From: Ramazzottius varieornatus
Lineage: Eukaryota > Animalia > Tardigrada
Assembly: GCA_001949185.1 (NCBI GenBank)
Contig: BDGG01000004.1
Span: forward strand, 2,605,086-2,669,085
DNA length: 64,000 bases
Reading direction: 5' to 3'
Under the pieces are notes generated by a model. The model had not been told where the DNA came from. It worked only from the letters and a program-made list of their open reading frames with translations, and made no database searches. The first letter of the stretch is position 1, and every line of letters starts with the position of its first letter. Position numbers and translations under genes: made by a program. Of the stretch, positions 1 to 17,008 are shown piece after piece.

Positions 1-1524
1 AACAATGGGAAGATTAGGAGGTCGTTACACATAGTCAGTTCGAGCATGATCAAGCGGCGGTTGCAGACAGATAAGGTAACTATCCAGACTGGTGCCGCAT
101 CTTTTCTCAACGTAACGATCGCCAAAACTGTATCTGATGAAGAACCTTCTCACTTGCCGTTGCAGGTTAAGATCCTGGAACTTCTCCATCTGTCCGCAGA
201 TTCTGTCAAGGATATCAGACATGTCGTCGTTTATGACCAGAGTAGTAGCGACTTGTCTTCGCTTTGTCCCGACAGTTTCACGACGTTAGTCCTGTCGAAG
301 CTCGCGAACCATTTCCCTTCGTCCGTCCATCTTCTCAAAGGTACGAACCCACAGACGGTTTCTCCTTATGTTCGTGACTTTGGAAACAAGTACGCTAACT
401 CTGTTCTTGTATGTGGACAGGAGGTTTCGCAAAGTTTCTCACTTTGTATCCTGAAGAGTGTGTCCAGTCGTCAGAGGCGAAGCCCGCTCCTTGTCCGTCC
501 GTCGAGCCGGGAGAGCTCATCCGCGCTTGTGGACCCACGCAGATTTTCCCGCATGTTTATCTAGGTTCCGAGAAGGATGCCTTGTCGTTAGATACCATCA
601 AGGTATCGCCAAATTACTCCCCAGTTCCTCATATTGTCCGCACTCACTAACTTATCTGGTTGTCTTATTGTTATTACCGAGAACAGCTGAATGAACAAAG
701 AATGTTGGTCCTTAGGCAAGGAAGATCAGTCATGTTCTCAACGTCAGCATGACTTGTCCGAAAGCTGACTTCATTCAGGAGGCCAACTTTATGCGGATAG
801 CCGTCAACGATACCTGTACTGACAAGCTGCTGTGTCACTTTATCAAGGCCTTCAAGTTCTTAGGTACGTGCACGGCTCTAACAGTCTGCACTTGACTGTC
901 AAGTAATCTTTTCAAGTTCCCGCATCCTCATTAGATTACTTCGCTTTCAGACGATGTAAAGCGTTCGAACGGTTGTGCTCTGATTCATTGTATGGCCGGC
1001 GTCTCGCGTTCTCCGACGCTCGCAGTAGCCTACGTTATGAAATGTAACCGCATGCCATACGATGAAGCTTACAGGTTCGTGGAAAACATTCACTGTAACT
1101 TCCATTCCCATGTTCAAATCCAGACTGGTTCAAAGTTCGATTGTTTCATCGAGCGTGATCAGTCTGACATTCGGTCGAACTAGTGAACTAAGCGGTTGGT
1201 TTCCTCAATAGGTTTGTGAAAGACCGAAGACCGGCCATCTCGCCGAACTTGAACTTCTTAGGACAGCTTTTGGAGTTCGACAAGTGTCAGAAGGAACACC
1301 GCACAGTTCCGACGTATCCTTCGGAGCGAGCCGAAGAGAAGTACAACACCAGCGGACCATGCAAGCGGCAGTGCAAGCGACTCGCGGACATTCGAAGTTT
1401 GTCCAGCAGTAAGCTCTGTCTAGATATTCAGACAGCAGTCAAAAACGGATGCAAAGCAACATCAGATAACGGGAAGGACGACCTTTCTCCGTCGTCGGTG
1501 ATCTCAAAGCTTAGTATTACTTGA
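1..1524 (+). CDS. Dual-specificity MAPK phosphatase, DUSP8/16-like (5' end outside window; exons ~1-340, 421-603, 716-863, 951-1074, 1212-1524)
   Basis: Rhodanese/KIM segment ([23 protein letters not shown]), [15 protein letters not shown], catalytic [20 protein letters not shown]; GT-AG introns join the frames. Confidence 0.9.
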
Positions 1525-1770
1525 GTAGGGAATGCAGGAGACCAGCCAACATTAACATTAACATCAGCCTAATCACAGATATAGTAGGGAAGAACACGGG
1601 TGAATGAGTGCTTCTGCGCTCGTCGTACAGTATTTGTTTTTCTTCGCGTTGGTGGAATATCGCTTGTACTGGTGTTTCAGAAACTACTTGTAATTACTCA
1701 TTTGAATGAACCATCCATGTGTAATTTACAGTGAGCAGTATCTGAACATTTGGCATAGGAACTGACAGCA

Positions 1771-3772
1771 TTAGTTTCTCTTCTTTTTTCCGTTAACTTT
1801 AGAGGATTTCTTGCCGAAGTTCTTTTTGCCTGGCTTGGATTTCAGGGGACGCTTTGTGTCGGGTTTCCGATTAGGTTTCGAGAAATCTTTGCCTTTCGGC
1901 GGGAAGCTTTTACCGTCGTCTTTCCGAGGGAATCTAGAGGGGTGTTTGGCGATTACTTTCCGATAGGGCTTCCTAGCTTCTTCGGTCTCCTGCTGTTGCC
2001 GCTTCTCGTGGTTCTTCTTGTCAGCCTTTCTTCTCTGCTTTGGTGTTTCCGCTACGCAGACGGCCAAGGCGCGCTGGTCAATGCTGATACCTTTCCCAGT
2101 CGTCGCTGCTGAAAGGCATTTGTCGGCAGACTCTTTGTCCCGAAACTGCACGAATCCATTGCCTATAATTCAGAAAACACATCACGTCGACATTAGCCGT
2201 CACGGTCAGCCGTTCTGATATCATAACGCAAGCGATAGTTACCCCTTGAGTGTCCGGAATCCGGATGCGTGCAGACTAGAGCGTACTTCAAAACACCGAA
2301 CTTCTTAAACTCGTCGCGCAGCTGATCTGACGTCGTGTCAAAGGGAATGTTTCTGCAATAACAGCAAGTCTCAGTTAATCGAACGAACAAACCAACAAAA
2401 TATCGGTATTTATCACAACAAAAAATATGACCAAGCTTTTCATTTTTTATCACTTACCGCACGAACAGCGTCCGCCCTTGTTCCACGTCGTTGATCTTCT
2501 TCGGCGCTCTCGGCTTCTTTTTCTCCTTCACATTTGCTTCCTCGTCCACCTCTTCTTCTGTAAACGCATAAACGGTAAAGTTTCGAAAACACGAATGCCA
2601 CGATGGTTTTTGAAGAACATATGAGTGCCTTCATCATTGTCATCATCCTCGTCTTGGTCTGAGCTCGTGTCGTCAGTGGCGTCTGGTGTGGTATCTTCGG
2701 GACCGTTCTTGCCGGTGAAACGTGACTTTGAGTCTTCATCGTCGTCCATCACACTTTCTTCCGCTTCACCGTCTTCATCACGAAGCGATATTTTGCCCAA
2801 GTCCTCATGCTTTGAAGGTTCGTCTTTCTTTGCTATAAGTATTCCAGGTACTAGGTTTACCGGGAGTTGCGAGATTGAGCGAAAGTAAAGACCATGACGA
2901 ACCTGCTTTCGCTTCCTCGTACCGCGATTTGGCCACTGCCCAGTCGACCGCAATGATCCGATCTGAAACAGTCGGAACAAAAGCCTTGGCTGATTCTGTG
3001 ACCTTGGATGCTTGTATTTCAACTTTCATAGCATCAGGAAGATTTTTTTCCAGCAAAAGACGCTCACCTTTCACTTTGCAGGCATTAAACATGTTGACGG
3101 CGGTCTCCGCAGAATTGATCGACTGGAACTGGACAAACGCAAAGCCTCTCATCTTTCCATCTGGAGCCGCAAACGCCCATGAGAATAATTATTGTTCTCT
3201 GGTCGATTCACACACAATGCAATATCATCTCTAAGCGTCTCACGGGATTATCCATTAGAAATGAGTAAAACTTTCTACCGTTTACAACCGCACCTTCTTT
3301 CAGAGGGATTCTGACTTCGGTTATTTTTCCACACTTTCCCATGAGCGCATGGAGGTCCGACTCTTTAGTCTACGAAAGATAGGCATAATGAAGGTACAAA
3401 CTTCGTCCAGGACCTTCGCTAGGACTAGTGAAGCAAAAACTTACGCTGAATGGTAGGTTACGAAGAATGATTCTGCCCATCTTGGATGGCTGTCGAGGAG
3501 GACCGGAAGCTCCGGAGCGGTTTCCGTCAGCTCCGCCGTGAAACTCTAAGTAAAGGAAGCATGCGTCGCACAAGCAGATGCCACAACGAGGAGAGAAGAA
3601 CTGTTAACTTACGGTAATGTGGAGCCGTTCTTTCATCTCGGAAGTCTCTCCTGTCGAACGAACGCAGTGGGTATCGCTGGTCGTCATTCCCACCGAATGC
3701 TGGAGGAAAACGAGAGCCTCCTTGCGATTTCTTCTCAAAATGTTCTCTCCGCTCTCGCCGTGAAAAGTTCAT
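1771..3772 (-). CDS. RBM28: RBM28/Nop4-like nucleolar RRM protein (multi-exon)
   Basis: RIILRNLPF...MRGFAFVQF...DRIIAVDWAVAK RRM, acidic D/E linker, second RRM RNIPFDTT...HSRGNGFVQF, Lys-rich tail; the start at 3772 is tentative. Confidence 0.8.
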
Positions 3773-5109
3773 GCCGAACTGTGTTAACCTTGAGGTGTTA
3801 CCCTTGAGATGTCCTCCTCCCACAAACTACACGTCCTCCGCTAGCGTCAAAGTCTGAGACGAACGAATCTGTTTTTTTTTCGGACAGAGCTACACAGAAA
3901 AGAGAAGATAGTCTAGAATCTAGATGGACAAAATTTCAGATAGTGGTCAAATCAAATTTGATTGTTTACTTTTCCGGAGATTGCGAAATCCGCACTCCGC
4001 AAGTGACAAATCGTACTGTTGAGTACGTATGTACTCGGCGGCGACGACGTCAGCACGCAACCCGAGCGTGTTGGTTTGTACAGGGCTCGGCTTGCTCAAT
4101 CACCGTATCCCTAAGCATTATGTCAAGCCGTAGGTCTTGCAACTGTTCTATCTAGGGCTCTGAAGAAACAGAAAGACATCCTGCTTTTTGCGCGAAGACA
4201 AAAATCGTCAAGGAGAAATTCCACGAAGGAAGATCCTGTTGTAGTTTTCTTCTAGTCGAAGCTTCGAGGGTCTCATTAGCCATTTTCACCGTAGTTTCAT
4301 CGGGACTTGCTGTTGCGACCGTCTGATACATCCGTGATCTCGCATTCCAAGATGTCCTACCGCTCACAACCATCCAGCACCGCCAGGTAAGGAAACACTG
4401 AGACGGCGACTCTTGAGAGTTTGGTTTAGTTTTGGGGGATAGTCTGTGAGTCCTCGGACGATTCTGCGACAGAGTCATGGAGTTCTGATCGGGTCGGAGG
4501 GAGTAAAACAGCTTGTTAGTCTGGTTAGATAAGCCTCTGGATCGAGCACTTGATTGACGAAACGCCGTGTTGTTTCTAAATCAAGTGAATCAATCGTTGA
4601 GTCTAGCTGGCAAATCGATCGCCTTCTTGCTTGATTCAAATTTAACCATTGACGTTTTCGGTACGGTATCGGACAGTTGAGCGCCATTACAGTGATTCAG
4701 CGGTATGGAATCCCGCACTGCATTTGTTTGGTTGATAGCGCAAAATTGGGCCGCATGACTCACCTCAGAAAAGCCAGGCCCATGCGCTGGTAAAATTGAG
4801 GCTGGAGAACGTCAGAACGGCACTTTGGCATTTTGATCAGCGAAAGTCTGTCGCAACTGTTTCGCAATAGTTGCCGGTCTGTTGTTCGTTTTGTTCTTGG
4901 CGTGGACGAGGTCGAGGTTTCTGGAGAAGTTAGTTCGAGTTAGTTGAGTGGCGGTGCTTTGAGCTCTGATGATGCAAAGCTCTGTCGCGTTCAGAAAGGT
5001 CGCGATACAACTTATCCAAAAGAGCTTTGTAGCTCCTACCTTTGCTCCTTCCCGATCCCTCTTCCGCTCACTCCTATCCAGGGCAACCGTACCTACCTCC
5101 CTCGCCATC

Positions 5110-8926
<3,817 letters not shown>

Positions 8927-9687
8927 TTTAAACTCGCGTTTTCCTTCAGCTCGGTCCTGTCTGTTATTTATACTTTTTGAGCACCGTGATTGGATATTCG
9001 TACTTGGTAGTAGCTGTTTTAGTGTAACCTGCTGTTTTCGAGATCTTGTTCTGACATCAAGACGGATGGTCAGTGTGTTGTTGCAAGTTCCTGCATGAAC
9101 ATGGAGGATCTGTTGAAGTTGTGCGGCACCTGACTGGAGATGAGAGTTTGCCGGACCGACTACTAGACTGCTTTCTTAGTCATTTTCTTTTTGCTGCGTG
9201 ATAAAGGAATTCGAGGCATCAGTTTGGCACAGTATGCGTTTGTTTTCACAGAGGTATGGTGGATCTAGCGTTCAAACTTACTGACTCGCAGCTCTGCTCG
9301 TGATCGTTGTGGAAGAGGTCGGACTTTTAGGTTCCTTGTGCAGGTGCACTAATGCACTTTTAGGTTGCAAGTTACAACTCGCTGTGCTACTAGCTAAGTT
9401 AGCTAGGTGCCACAGTAATCCGTTGATTTTGGATCGGTTGATTGGCGGGGACGTGTGAACTTCGGGTGGTTTTCCCTGTAGTTGTGGAAAGTTGGAAGTT
9501 CTATTGTTCGTCCTCTTCCTGCTTATGGAATGAACTGTCGTCCCTGTCCAGTTTCCCGCGTTAAGTTGGATTTTCGGAATGTGTCTGCAGCACTTACCAG
9601 GAAGTCTGTTGATAGGCCAGTTATCACCCTTCCGACACTCGTGAGTGAGGGAACCGCATTACAGAAGTATCGACTCGATGGATGACC

Positions 9688-10847
9688 ATGTCTCTTCTCA
9701 TAAGGAATCTTCAAAGAACGGTGCGTTTCAATCAGAGAAAGCTGCGGCGGGATGTGGATGCCATCCGGAACATCATGAACATACATACGTTCGATGTGAG
9801 TAGAATACAATTTTTGCTAATTTTGTATAACAATTGAGCAGTGGGCAGAGTGGATCAGTAAGGCGCGGCCAGATGACATTATATGAAGCGGGACATGAAA
9901 TTAAAGAATATCCGTAGACGACCAATGAAAGCACCCAATGTCTAACTTTGGCAATCTTGATTGGTCAATTAAGGGCAATTTTTATTTCGTTGCCGCTCCA
10001 TATTACTTGAACTAGCCCCGCCTTACTGATCTACTCTGCCCATTGCTCAATTATTACTCCTTTAAGGTTTTCTGATTTGCGACGTCCCCTTTTCCCATAG
10101 GTCAGTATATCCTGCGTGGACAACGAAAGTGAGTTACACCCGCTTTCTTACCACAGTCGCCAATTTGCGACAACGCAGCAACGGTAGGAAGCGGCAGGCA
10201 GTCGCGCTTTGGTACTGTCCGCACGTGAGCGCGAACCGGAAGTCAACCGAACTTCCGGTTCGCTCTGGACGAAGACGTCGTCCTCGTTCTCACCGTAATT
10301 ATCGTCTTTTCAGCTATCCGAAAGATGAACACGCAGTATAGAAAGATGGACAAGGCTACCGATGTCCTTTACTTTGGTTTGCACGACTTCACGGAACCAT
10401 TTGATCCCAGTACTATGAAACTCGGCTCCAACAAGGAGAAGTCTTTGCTCGAAAGTATCCCGCCAGGGAACGCAACAGCCGACCCTTTTCTTCAAGTGGT
10501 GGAAGTGCCAGATCTTGGTGATGTCTATTTCGGCATGCCTTACGTTTACGACTACTGCACGAGGAAAAACATTTCGCTGGAAGATGAATTAGTCGTAAGT
10601 TTACTCGTTGCAGTCGGTCTTCGTTATATGGCGTTTCCCGACTGCAAGTTCTGTGTTCTCTGTCACCTTGCAGGTTTTGGCAACCCATGGTTTCGCTCAT
10701 CTCTTGGGCTACGATCACGAAGCATCCATGGAAGACTTCAAAATAGTGTACCTGTTTGAATTTGACATTCTGAGAAAATTTGACTGGGCCACAGGCCGAA
10801 ATACTCTAGTGGTTAAAGAGCTAACGCTAGACGATGGTCATTGTTAA
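9688..10847 (+). CDS. YBEY: Endoribonuclease YbeY (exons 9688-9795, 10101-10128, 10314-~10594, ~10674-10847)
   Basis: N-terminus MSLLIRNLQR resembles metazoan YBEY; CVDN micro-exon; NTQYRKMDKATDVL; DLGDV; metal motif HGFAHLLGYDH. Confidence 0.9.
9832..10052. mobile_element. MITE in YBEY intron 1
   Basis: About 30-bp TIRs GAGCAGTGGGCAGAGTGGATCAGTAAGGCG / CGCCTTACTGATCTACTCTGCCCATTGCTC (2 mismatches), flanked by AATT on both sides; no ORF. Confidence 0.8.
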
Positions 10848-11193
10848 GTTCTTCCATTTCAGAGGCCAAATGCTTTTTGTGATTTCACTTCTGCTATTCG
10901 CGATTGAGGTACAGAAGGATACAGTTGGATCCTCTGATGTAGGTAGCTCGCAACAGAAAGACAACTCAAGATTGGCATCTAGAAGGAGAAAAGTATGCAA
11001 ATGGGAAAAGGTAAAACTAAATCATCGTTGTCGGCCGGTATTTTCACCAAAAAGCTAGACTAGTTTTCGCGACACATGGGGATAACACAGAAACGATCAG
11101 ACAATGCTGCTACAACAAAAAAATCGCTATCCAGGTACTACAGTAAAATTTAACAACAAACGCGAACTGAAATCCCTTAACGGCCTTTGCACT

Positions 11194-14100
11194 TTACAAG
11201 AAGAAGAGCTTGTCGGCAATGTCCATCTTGGGCTCCGTACGGTCGTAGCAGGCACCACTCTGGTAGGCCAGCTTGTGAGCGTACTACAAGAACAAAATTT
11301 GAGCATGAGTTACAGTAGTTGAAACCTCAAGTGGAAATCGAGAGGTGAGAAACGTCACCATGCAAGGAGCCGGAACTTTGATGGTTCCCGTCCAGTTGTA
11401 GTACATGTGAGTCAGCTTGTAGGCCAGGCTCTGGATGTGATCCACGGACAGTCGAGGCTTTTCAGGCTGGTGGACCACAACGAAGTGGACAGGCGTCACG
11501 CTTCCTTCGCGCACATTCTGGGGAACCAAGTAAAAGTCGTACATGTCGCGACGGGTGATAACCTCGTCGCAGACTGTGCCAGGCTTTGGGTTGTTCAGAG
11601 TTTCCTCCGCTCCTTTTTTCTATTAACATCAGCAAGAACTGTCAACAAAAATTCCACAAGAAGTTATCAAGGTCTCCAAGAAAAAAGTACCTCGACCAGG
11701 AACATGCGCTGGTTGATTCGCTTCTGCACCACAATGTAGTACACTTCCGGGTCCCAGTCGGCCTCGCTGCGGCTGTTGCTGCTTTCCGAGCTCGAAGAGT
11801 CTTCCTGAAACAGCTCCATCACCACAGCTGGGTCACGGCAGACATGCAGAAGTTGCGGCAGTTCATAGTTGCCGGCCTTGTCCAGTTCGTCATCGCTCAG
11901 GCCATCGCGGAAGAAGACAATGACATTCGGCAAGAACTTGTTGCGCTGCAGTTGATCACATTAGAACGATACAAGACACATAAGCGAATCTGACACTTTC
12001 AAAAAGAAATCCAAGCAAAGAGGCAGACGTACCTTGACGTAAGCGTTCAGAGCGCTCATGAAGGAGATGTTCAAGCCCGAACCCAGTTCCGCCTTGGGGT
12101 TCTGGAAGTTGCATCGACTATGCCAACGAGTGAAGGTGTCGTCCGTGCTGGCCACCATTGCAGTGACAGACTCGCGCTGGCGCTTCAGGTCGTGGTCTAC
12201 AAAAGTCAGTTAGATACTCTTGCCATTACTCTTGTAGGATAAACCACGAGACAAGAACGAAACTGGTTTGACTCTGAACTTTAGCGTAAAACGAATGAAG
12301 CCAATAAAGAAATAGTTCAAAGCAGAAATTTTACAAGGCAGAAATTTACAGCAGCATATCATGATGAGGAAAAAAAGAGACCCTTAGGAGAAATCGTAGA
12401 CACTTACATGCGTCGATACCCACAACCATCATTCGCACTGGTTCATCGTTCTAGCAAAAGATATAAGCGTTCCTATTCGAAGTGAATGAATAACGGACTG
12501 TGCGAAAAGCGGAACGTCTTTTTTACCTGTCGGAGAGGAATCTGGATGTTTCCCATTCGCCACAAGTAGCCACCCAACTTGCAGTTCATTTGCAGTGCGA
12601 TCTTCTGAACAATGGCTCGCATGCGGTCGGGCTTTGACAGGGTTCGCTGGTTGATGCACTGCGAAGCGACGCCATAGGTGACATGGCACGCCTTCTTAAC
12701 CGCTGCGTAACGATCGTCTCGCGGAGTCGGGAAGATCAACACGACCATCTCGCTCTTCAAAAGAAACACTCGTTTAGACCACACGTGAAGCAAAGTATTG
12801 ATAACAAGCGAAACCCAAAGAAAGGTAGAAGAAAGCGTTAAGAACCTAAACCGGAAGGCGGCAGGTAAATCCGACTAGTTCTTCACCCACATACATACCA
12901 AGACCCGCGGACATTCAACCACAATCTGTATGCATGTACGCGAACCCACGTCAGTGTTACAGAATAATATTTTGCAAGCGTACTTATGGTGCTGCTCACA
13001 CCTACATACAGCCGAATGTAGTATCCCAAAACGCACTTATATGCAGGTTTCTTGAAGTTAAATTGAAACAGGGAAGCAGATTTCACTTCCGAAGGTAGAG
13101 CCAAATGTAGCGTTATTCAACCATAATATACGAAGATTAGAGGAAGTGAAAAGCAACTGTAAAGATATAAACGCTACGTGTACCTTGTGCTTGGTGACAG
13201 CGGACTGGACGCAGTTGACATAAGCAATGTTGGTGTCGGTGGTCAATGGCATCGGGTTGGGTGCGGCCACGTTCATGCCCAGCTGCTGGCCCACATCCCC
13301 CAACATGCAGCTGAACTCCTCGGCTGTTCGCTGGTCTCGTTGCTGGAAGATGATGGACCACTTCTGAAGCGGCATGGAGCTCAGAATGCCGCCTTTGCAC
13401 GTGGCGCTGCGAGTCCAGTCGCCGTTGTCAGGAGCCGTCACCATTCCTCGGGCGTTCCCGAACTGCAGGCTTTCCGGTGGGAGAACCCGACCGTTGAAGC
13501 GCAGCAACTCGGTGCTGATCTTGATTCCCCAGCTCTCCATCAGCGTCTTGGCAATGTCTGTCGACTTTAGACTGTTCAGGTAGTTGGCGATGTACTCGAA
13601 TCGGTTCTTTGGAGACAACTTGGTTGTCTGCGTGATCGCCTGCAAACAAGAAGTTTGAAGTTCTCTGACCATCGTGGAAAAGGATTGAAACATCGAAAAG
13701 AAGGTTTCACGTACTTTCATGGCGTTGAAGTTGGCTCGGAGGTCGTCCTGGATGCCAGTTAGCTGGCACAGCTCGGGGATTAGAGCGATGAGGCGGTTCT
13801 CGCGTCGTCGGACGCCGGTGGGTGCGGGCTTGGAGAACATCAGCGGCTGCTTCATGTCCTTAATGTCGATGTTGTGGTGCTTCTTGTAGTAGTCCACGTA
13901 CGAGATGTCCCCTTCCCGAGTCTTGAACGTGTTCGTCGGGTTCTCGTCCCACTTGATTTCCGACACAGTGTAGCTCTTGTCATTGTAAGGCTAGCCAACA
14001 AAAATCGACCTAGTGAACCAGAAGCTCAAACGTAGACTAGTTTGAAGTGCGAACTCAGGAAGCGATCCCATTCTAGAGAGCCATCGGAAAGACTACAACA

Positions 14101-16002
14101 CGGAAGTAAAAGGGACCCCTACCGTGAGGACGGTGGAGCCAATCAAATTGTCTCGGACGAGCTTCTGCATGAGTTCGCCACGAGGCCCCGAAGTGTTCTT
14201 CCATTGGTCCCTGCAGAAGATCAACGCAATAATTTCCTCTATCAAGAAGCGGAAATAAAGATCAGTGACTGAAAATAGCTTAACGCACAGCAGCATCTTG
14301 ACGTTTCCTACTCGGACAACACGGAAAGCCGCGTCGGCCATTAGAAGAATACCGCCAGAGTAGGGATTGACCGAAGTCTGAAATCCAGGCCAGATCTCAA
14401 GTGCCGGCATGTTCCCTTCCTTCAACTGGACTCGCTTGCTTGGATCGTAGCGATTGCGACCGATCTGCACGAACTTCAGCGCCATTTCTAACCTGCGAGA
14501 GAACATTCAGCATGACCAAAACTTCCCACATTGACACACGGATACGAATCGACTTGTTCTATCTTCACACTTTGAAATACAGTCACAAAATAATAACTCC
14601 GAACCTAACAACACAGAGTCATCAAATTAGAATTTCTTACTCTCGAACGACCAGGTTCATCAGTTCTTTGCTCTCGTTGACGCGGTTCTGCATCACTTGG
14701 CGCACAGTCAACTTGTACTTCTGATCGGGACTGAAAGGCGAATCCACAAAGTAATCTTGTTCCTAGAACCAAAGGAACATAACGAACTGATCTAACATTG
14801 TCAATTAGGGTACGACACCCTACCTCTTTGGGGAGTTGAACGGCCAGGAAGAGGTTGTCGAAGTCGAAGAGGTACGGACCAGGAAAATGCTGCTCGATCT
14901 TTTCGATCAACTTCGGTCGCAGGCGAGTACTCCATGTCTGTGGGTAGAAGTCCACGCGATACTCGTAGACCATGGCATACTGTGCAGCTTCGAAATGGAC
15001 CACATTCCCCGCCAGATTCACCCTGAAAAACACGGGTTAGGTAGTTTCAGTGCAAGACTAAAACGAAAATGCTTCAGGAAATCAGTTCATCCTAGATATC
15101 AAGTTTCGGGCTTTTGTGATCCTTCAAACACAGATGAAAGAAACCAACGAAGTAAAGCGCGCAGTTACACCAAGTAAAACAGCTTGAAAAGTGGGAATGT
15201 ACTCACGGACGACCAGTTTGTCCTTTCGGTTTTCGTTTGAAGCGAAGTTCTGCCTCGCGACGTTCCCGTTCGAGACGAGCGCCTTCTGCTCCTTGTGGAA
15301 TATCGCCTGGTCGTGCACCAGGAACAGCTACTGCTTGACCGTCGCCGGCAGGAGCTGTAGCCGACTGTAGTGGTCCTTGACCAGCATCCCCACTGCGTCT
15401 GTCAGCCGTAGGGACACTGGCAACAGGTTTGTCTCCGGTCTGTAACTGCTGCATGCGCTGGGCCAAATCCACAGGCTGCTCTCGTGGGATAGGTCCCACC
15501 GCCTGCAAAACAGAAAAATTTTCAACTTTCAGCCGCGTAAAACACAAGAACACGATTTGTCCATCAAACAGTTTGAGCAACTGAGTCAAGAAAACGTTAC
15601 CGGTGGCGCTGGTGGCAATCCAGTTCCTGTGGTTCCGATCTCCGGAGCAGCCACACTGGTGGATGGCACTGAAGCACTGACTCCCAGTCGTCGTCCTCGG
15701 CCGACAATTCCTCTTCGAGCAAAAACTGTAGTGGTGGCGGCTGTTGGTGGTGCATCTTGAGGAAGTGTTCCGGTAGCAGCAGCTGCAGGTTGAGCTGGTG
15801 CCGGCGTCGCCGCTGCTGCTTGTAGTGCAAATCCTCTTCCTCGCCCAACTCCTGGAGTCACCTGAGGAGGAGAAATAGCGGATGTCGGAGCTGAAGATGT
15901 GGATGGAACGGAGTCATCGGCCGAAGGAGCAGCTGGCGGAGCCACCGAATCGGCGCGAGGCAAACCACGACCGATTCCGCGACCAATTCCCCTTCCCGTC
16001 AT
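11194..16002 (-). CDS. PIWI: PIWI-clade Argonaute (Piwi/Aub-like), multi-exon
   Basis: N-terminal GRG repeats; IWPGF; PAZ (ISYVDYYKKHHNIDIKD..QP..LIPELC); KIALQMNCKLGG; VGID, FRDG, VVQKRIN, YKLTHMYYNW, YAHKLA; C-terminus DKLFFL*. Confidence 0.95.
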
Positions 16003-16302
16003 TATGCTTTCTGCAAACTATCAACCGCGATCATGAAAGGTTAGAAACCACAGCTCACTGCTGTTCTTGATCTGGTGGTTAACAGGACTTATGAGGTAAA
16101 TCCTAGGAGAGAACGAGATGAAACCGGATCTGCTTGTCCAGATTGATACTATTTCTTAAAGGAAAATCAGCCAGATTTGTTTTCAGTTCTTACGTCAAGT
16201 TTGCCGCTTGCTCCGGAGGTTGCTTGCTTGAAGGGGCCTTCAAATCAAGTCAAGACGAAGTTTAGTGGCCAGTGATGGGAGAAACTAATCAGAAGGATGC
16301 TC

Positions 16303-16374
16303 TTTCTGGACTCCGCGCGTACAGACGTGAAGATTTCTGGACTCCGCGCGTACAGACGTGAAGATTTCTGGACT
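16303..16374. repeat. 31-bp tandem repeat, 2.3 copies, upstream of PIWI
   Basis: TTTCTGGACTCCGCGCGTACAGACGTGAAGA twice perfectly, plus 10 nt. Confidence 0.9.
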
Positions 16375-17008
16375 GGCTTTCGACACAAGACAGTCGGCCG
16401 GTCCCCCACGTAAAATTTTCCGGCTGCAGCCTGCAGGCGGAGACTGGGGACAAACGAATCACAAACGCTGCTGCCCTGCTGCGCCTGCTAGGGCGTCAAT
16501 GCGTTGTGCAACAGGTGCCAAACCGGGTAGCGGCCCAGTCGATATTCAAGATAACCGGAAGCTCAAGATGGACAACCAACCAGTTCTTGGCGTAAGATTC
16601 TCAGTTCCCGACTCTTTTCTTGTACCGAAATCTGTCCCCACCCTTTGCACACTTTCTTTTTATTACAAACAAACGTTACTGACATAAGCTTCCAGAATAG
16701 GTCTCCGCATCTGCTAATCAAAAAGCATCAGGAAGTACAGCGAACCAAAGATATCTTTCGCGGTATTTATTCCGGCGCACAGCGATAACAGCGAGGTCAG
16801 ACAACTATCCGCGAGCTCCCTTCACGTCTACAAAATCAAACCAAAACTCGAGAGTGTGCGATAACTTCGATTCATCCAGACCGCACATAAGTTCCATGTA
16901 AGCACGACAAACAGATTACGAAAAACTGTTCATACCATCTCCCGCGAATAAGTACTGGCTAACGGTACCATTATTTGGACCTACACAGGTAAACTGCAAT
17001 AGCAACAA

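Noticed and set aside
4100-4480. Short ORFs between RBM28 and DDX5
   Set aside because: No recognisable product; the donor at ~4388 suggests at most a non-coding 5' exon.
9252-9284. Alternative DDX5 last exon (YGGSSVQTY*)
   Set aside because: The obvious CAG acceptor yields an immediate stop when joined to the 8923 donor; it cannot be supported without cDNA.
16303-16374. 31-bp direct repeats as a CRISPR-like array
   Set aside because: The repeats are contiguous with no spacers and the context is eukaryotic; this is a simple tandem duplication.
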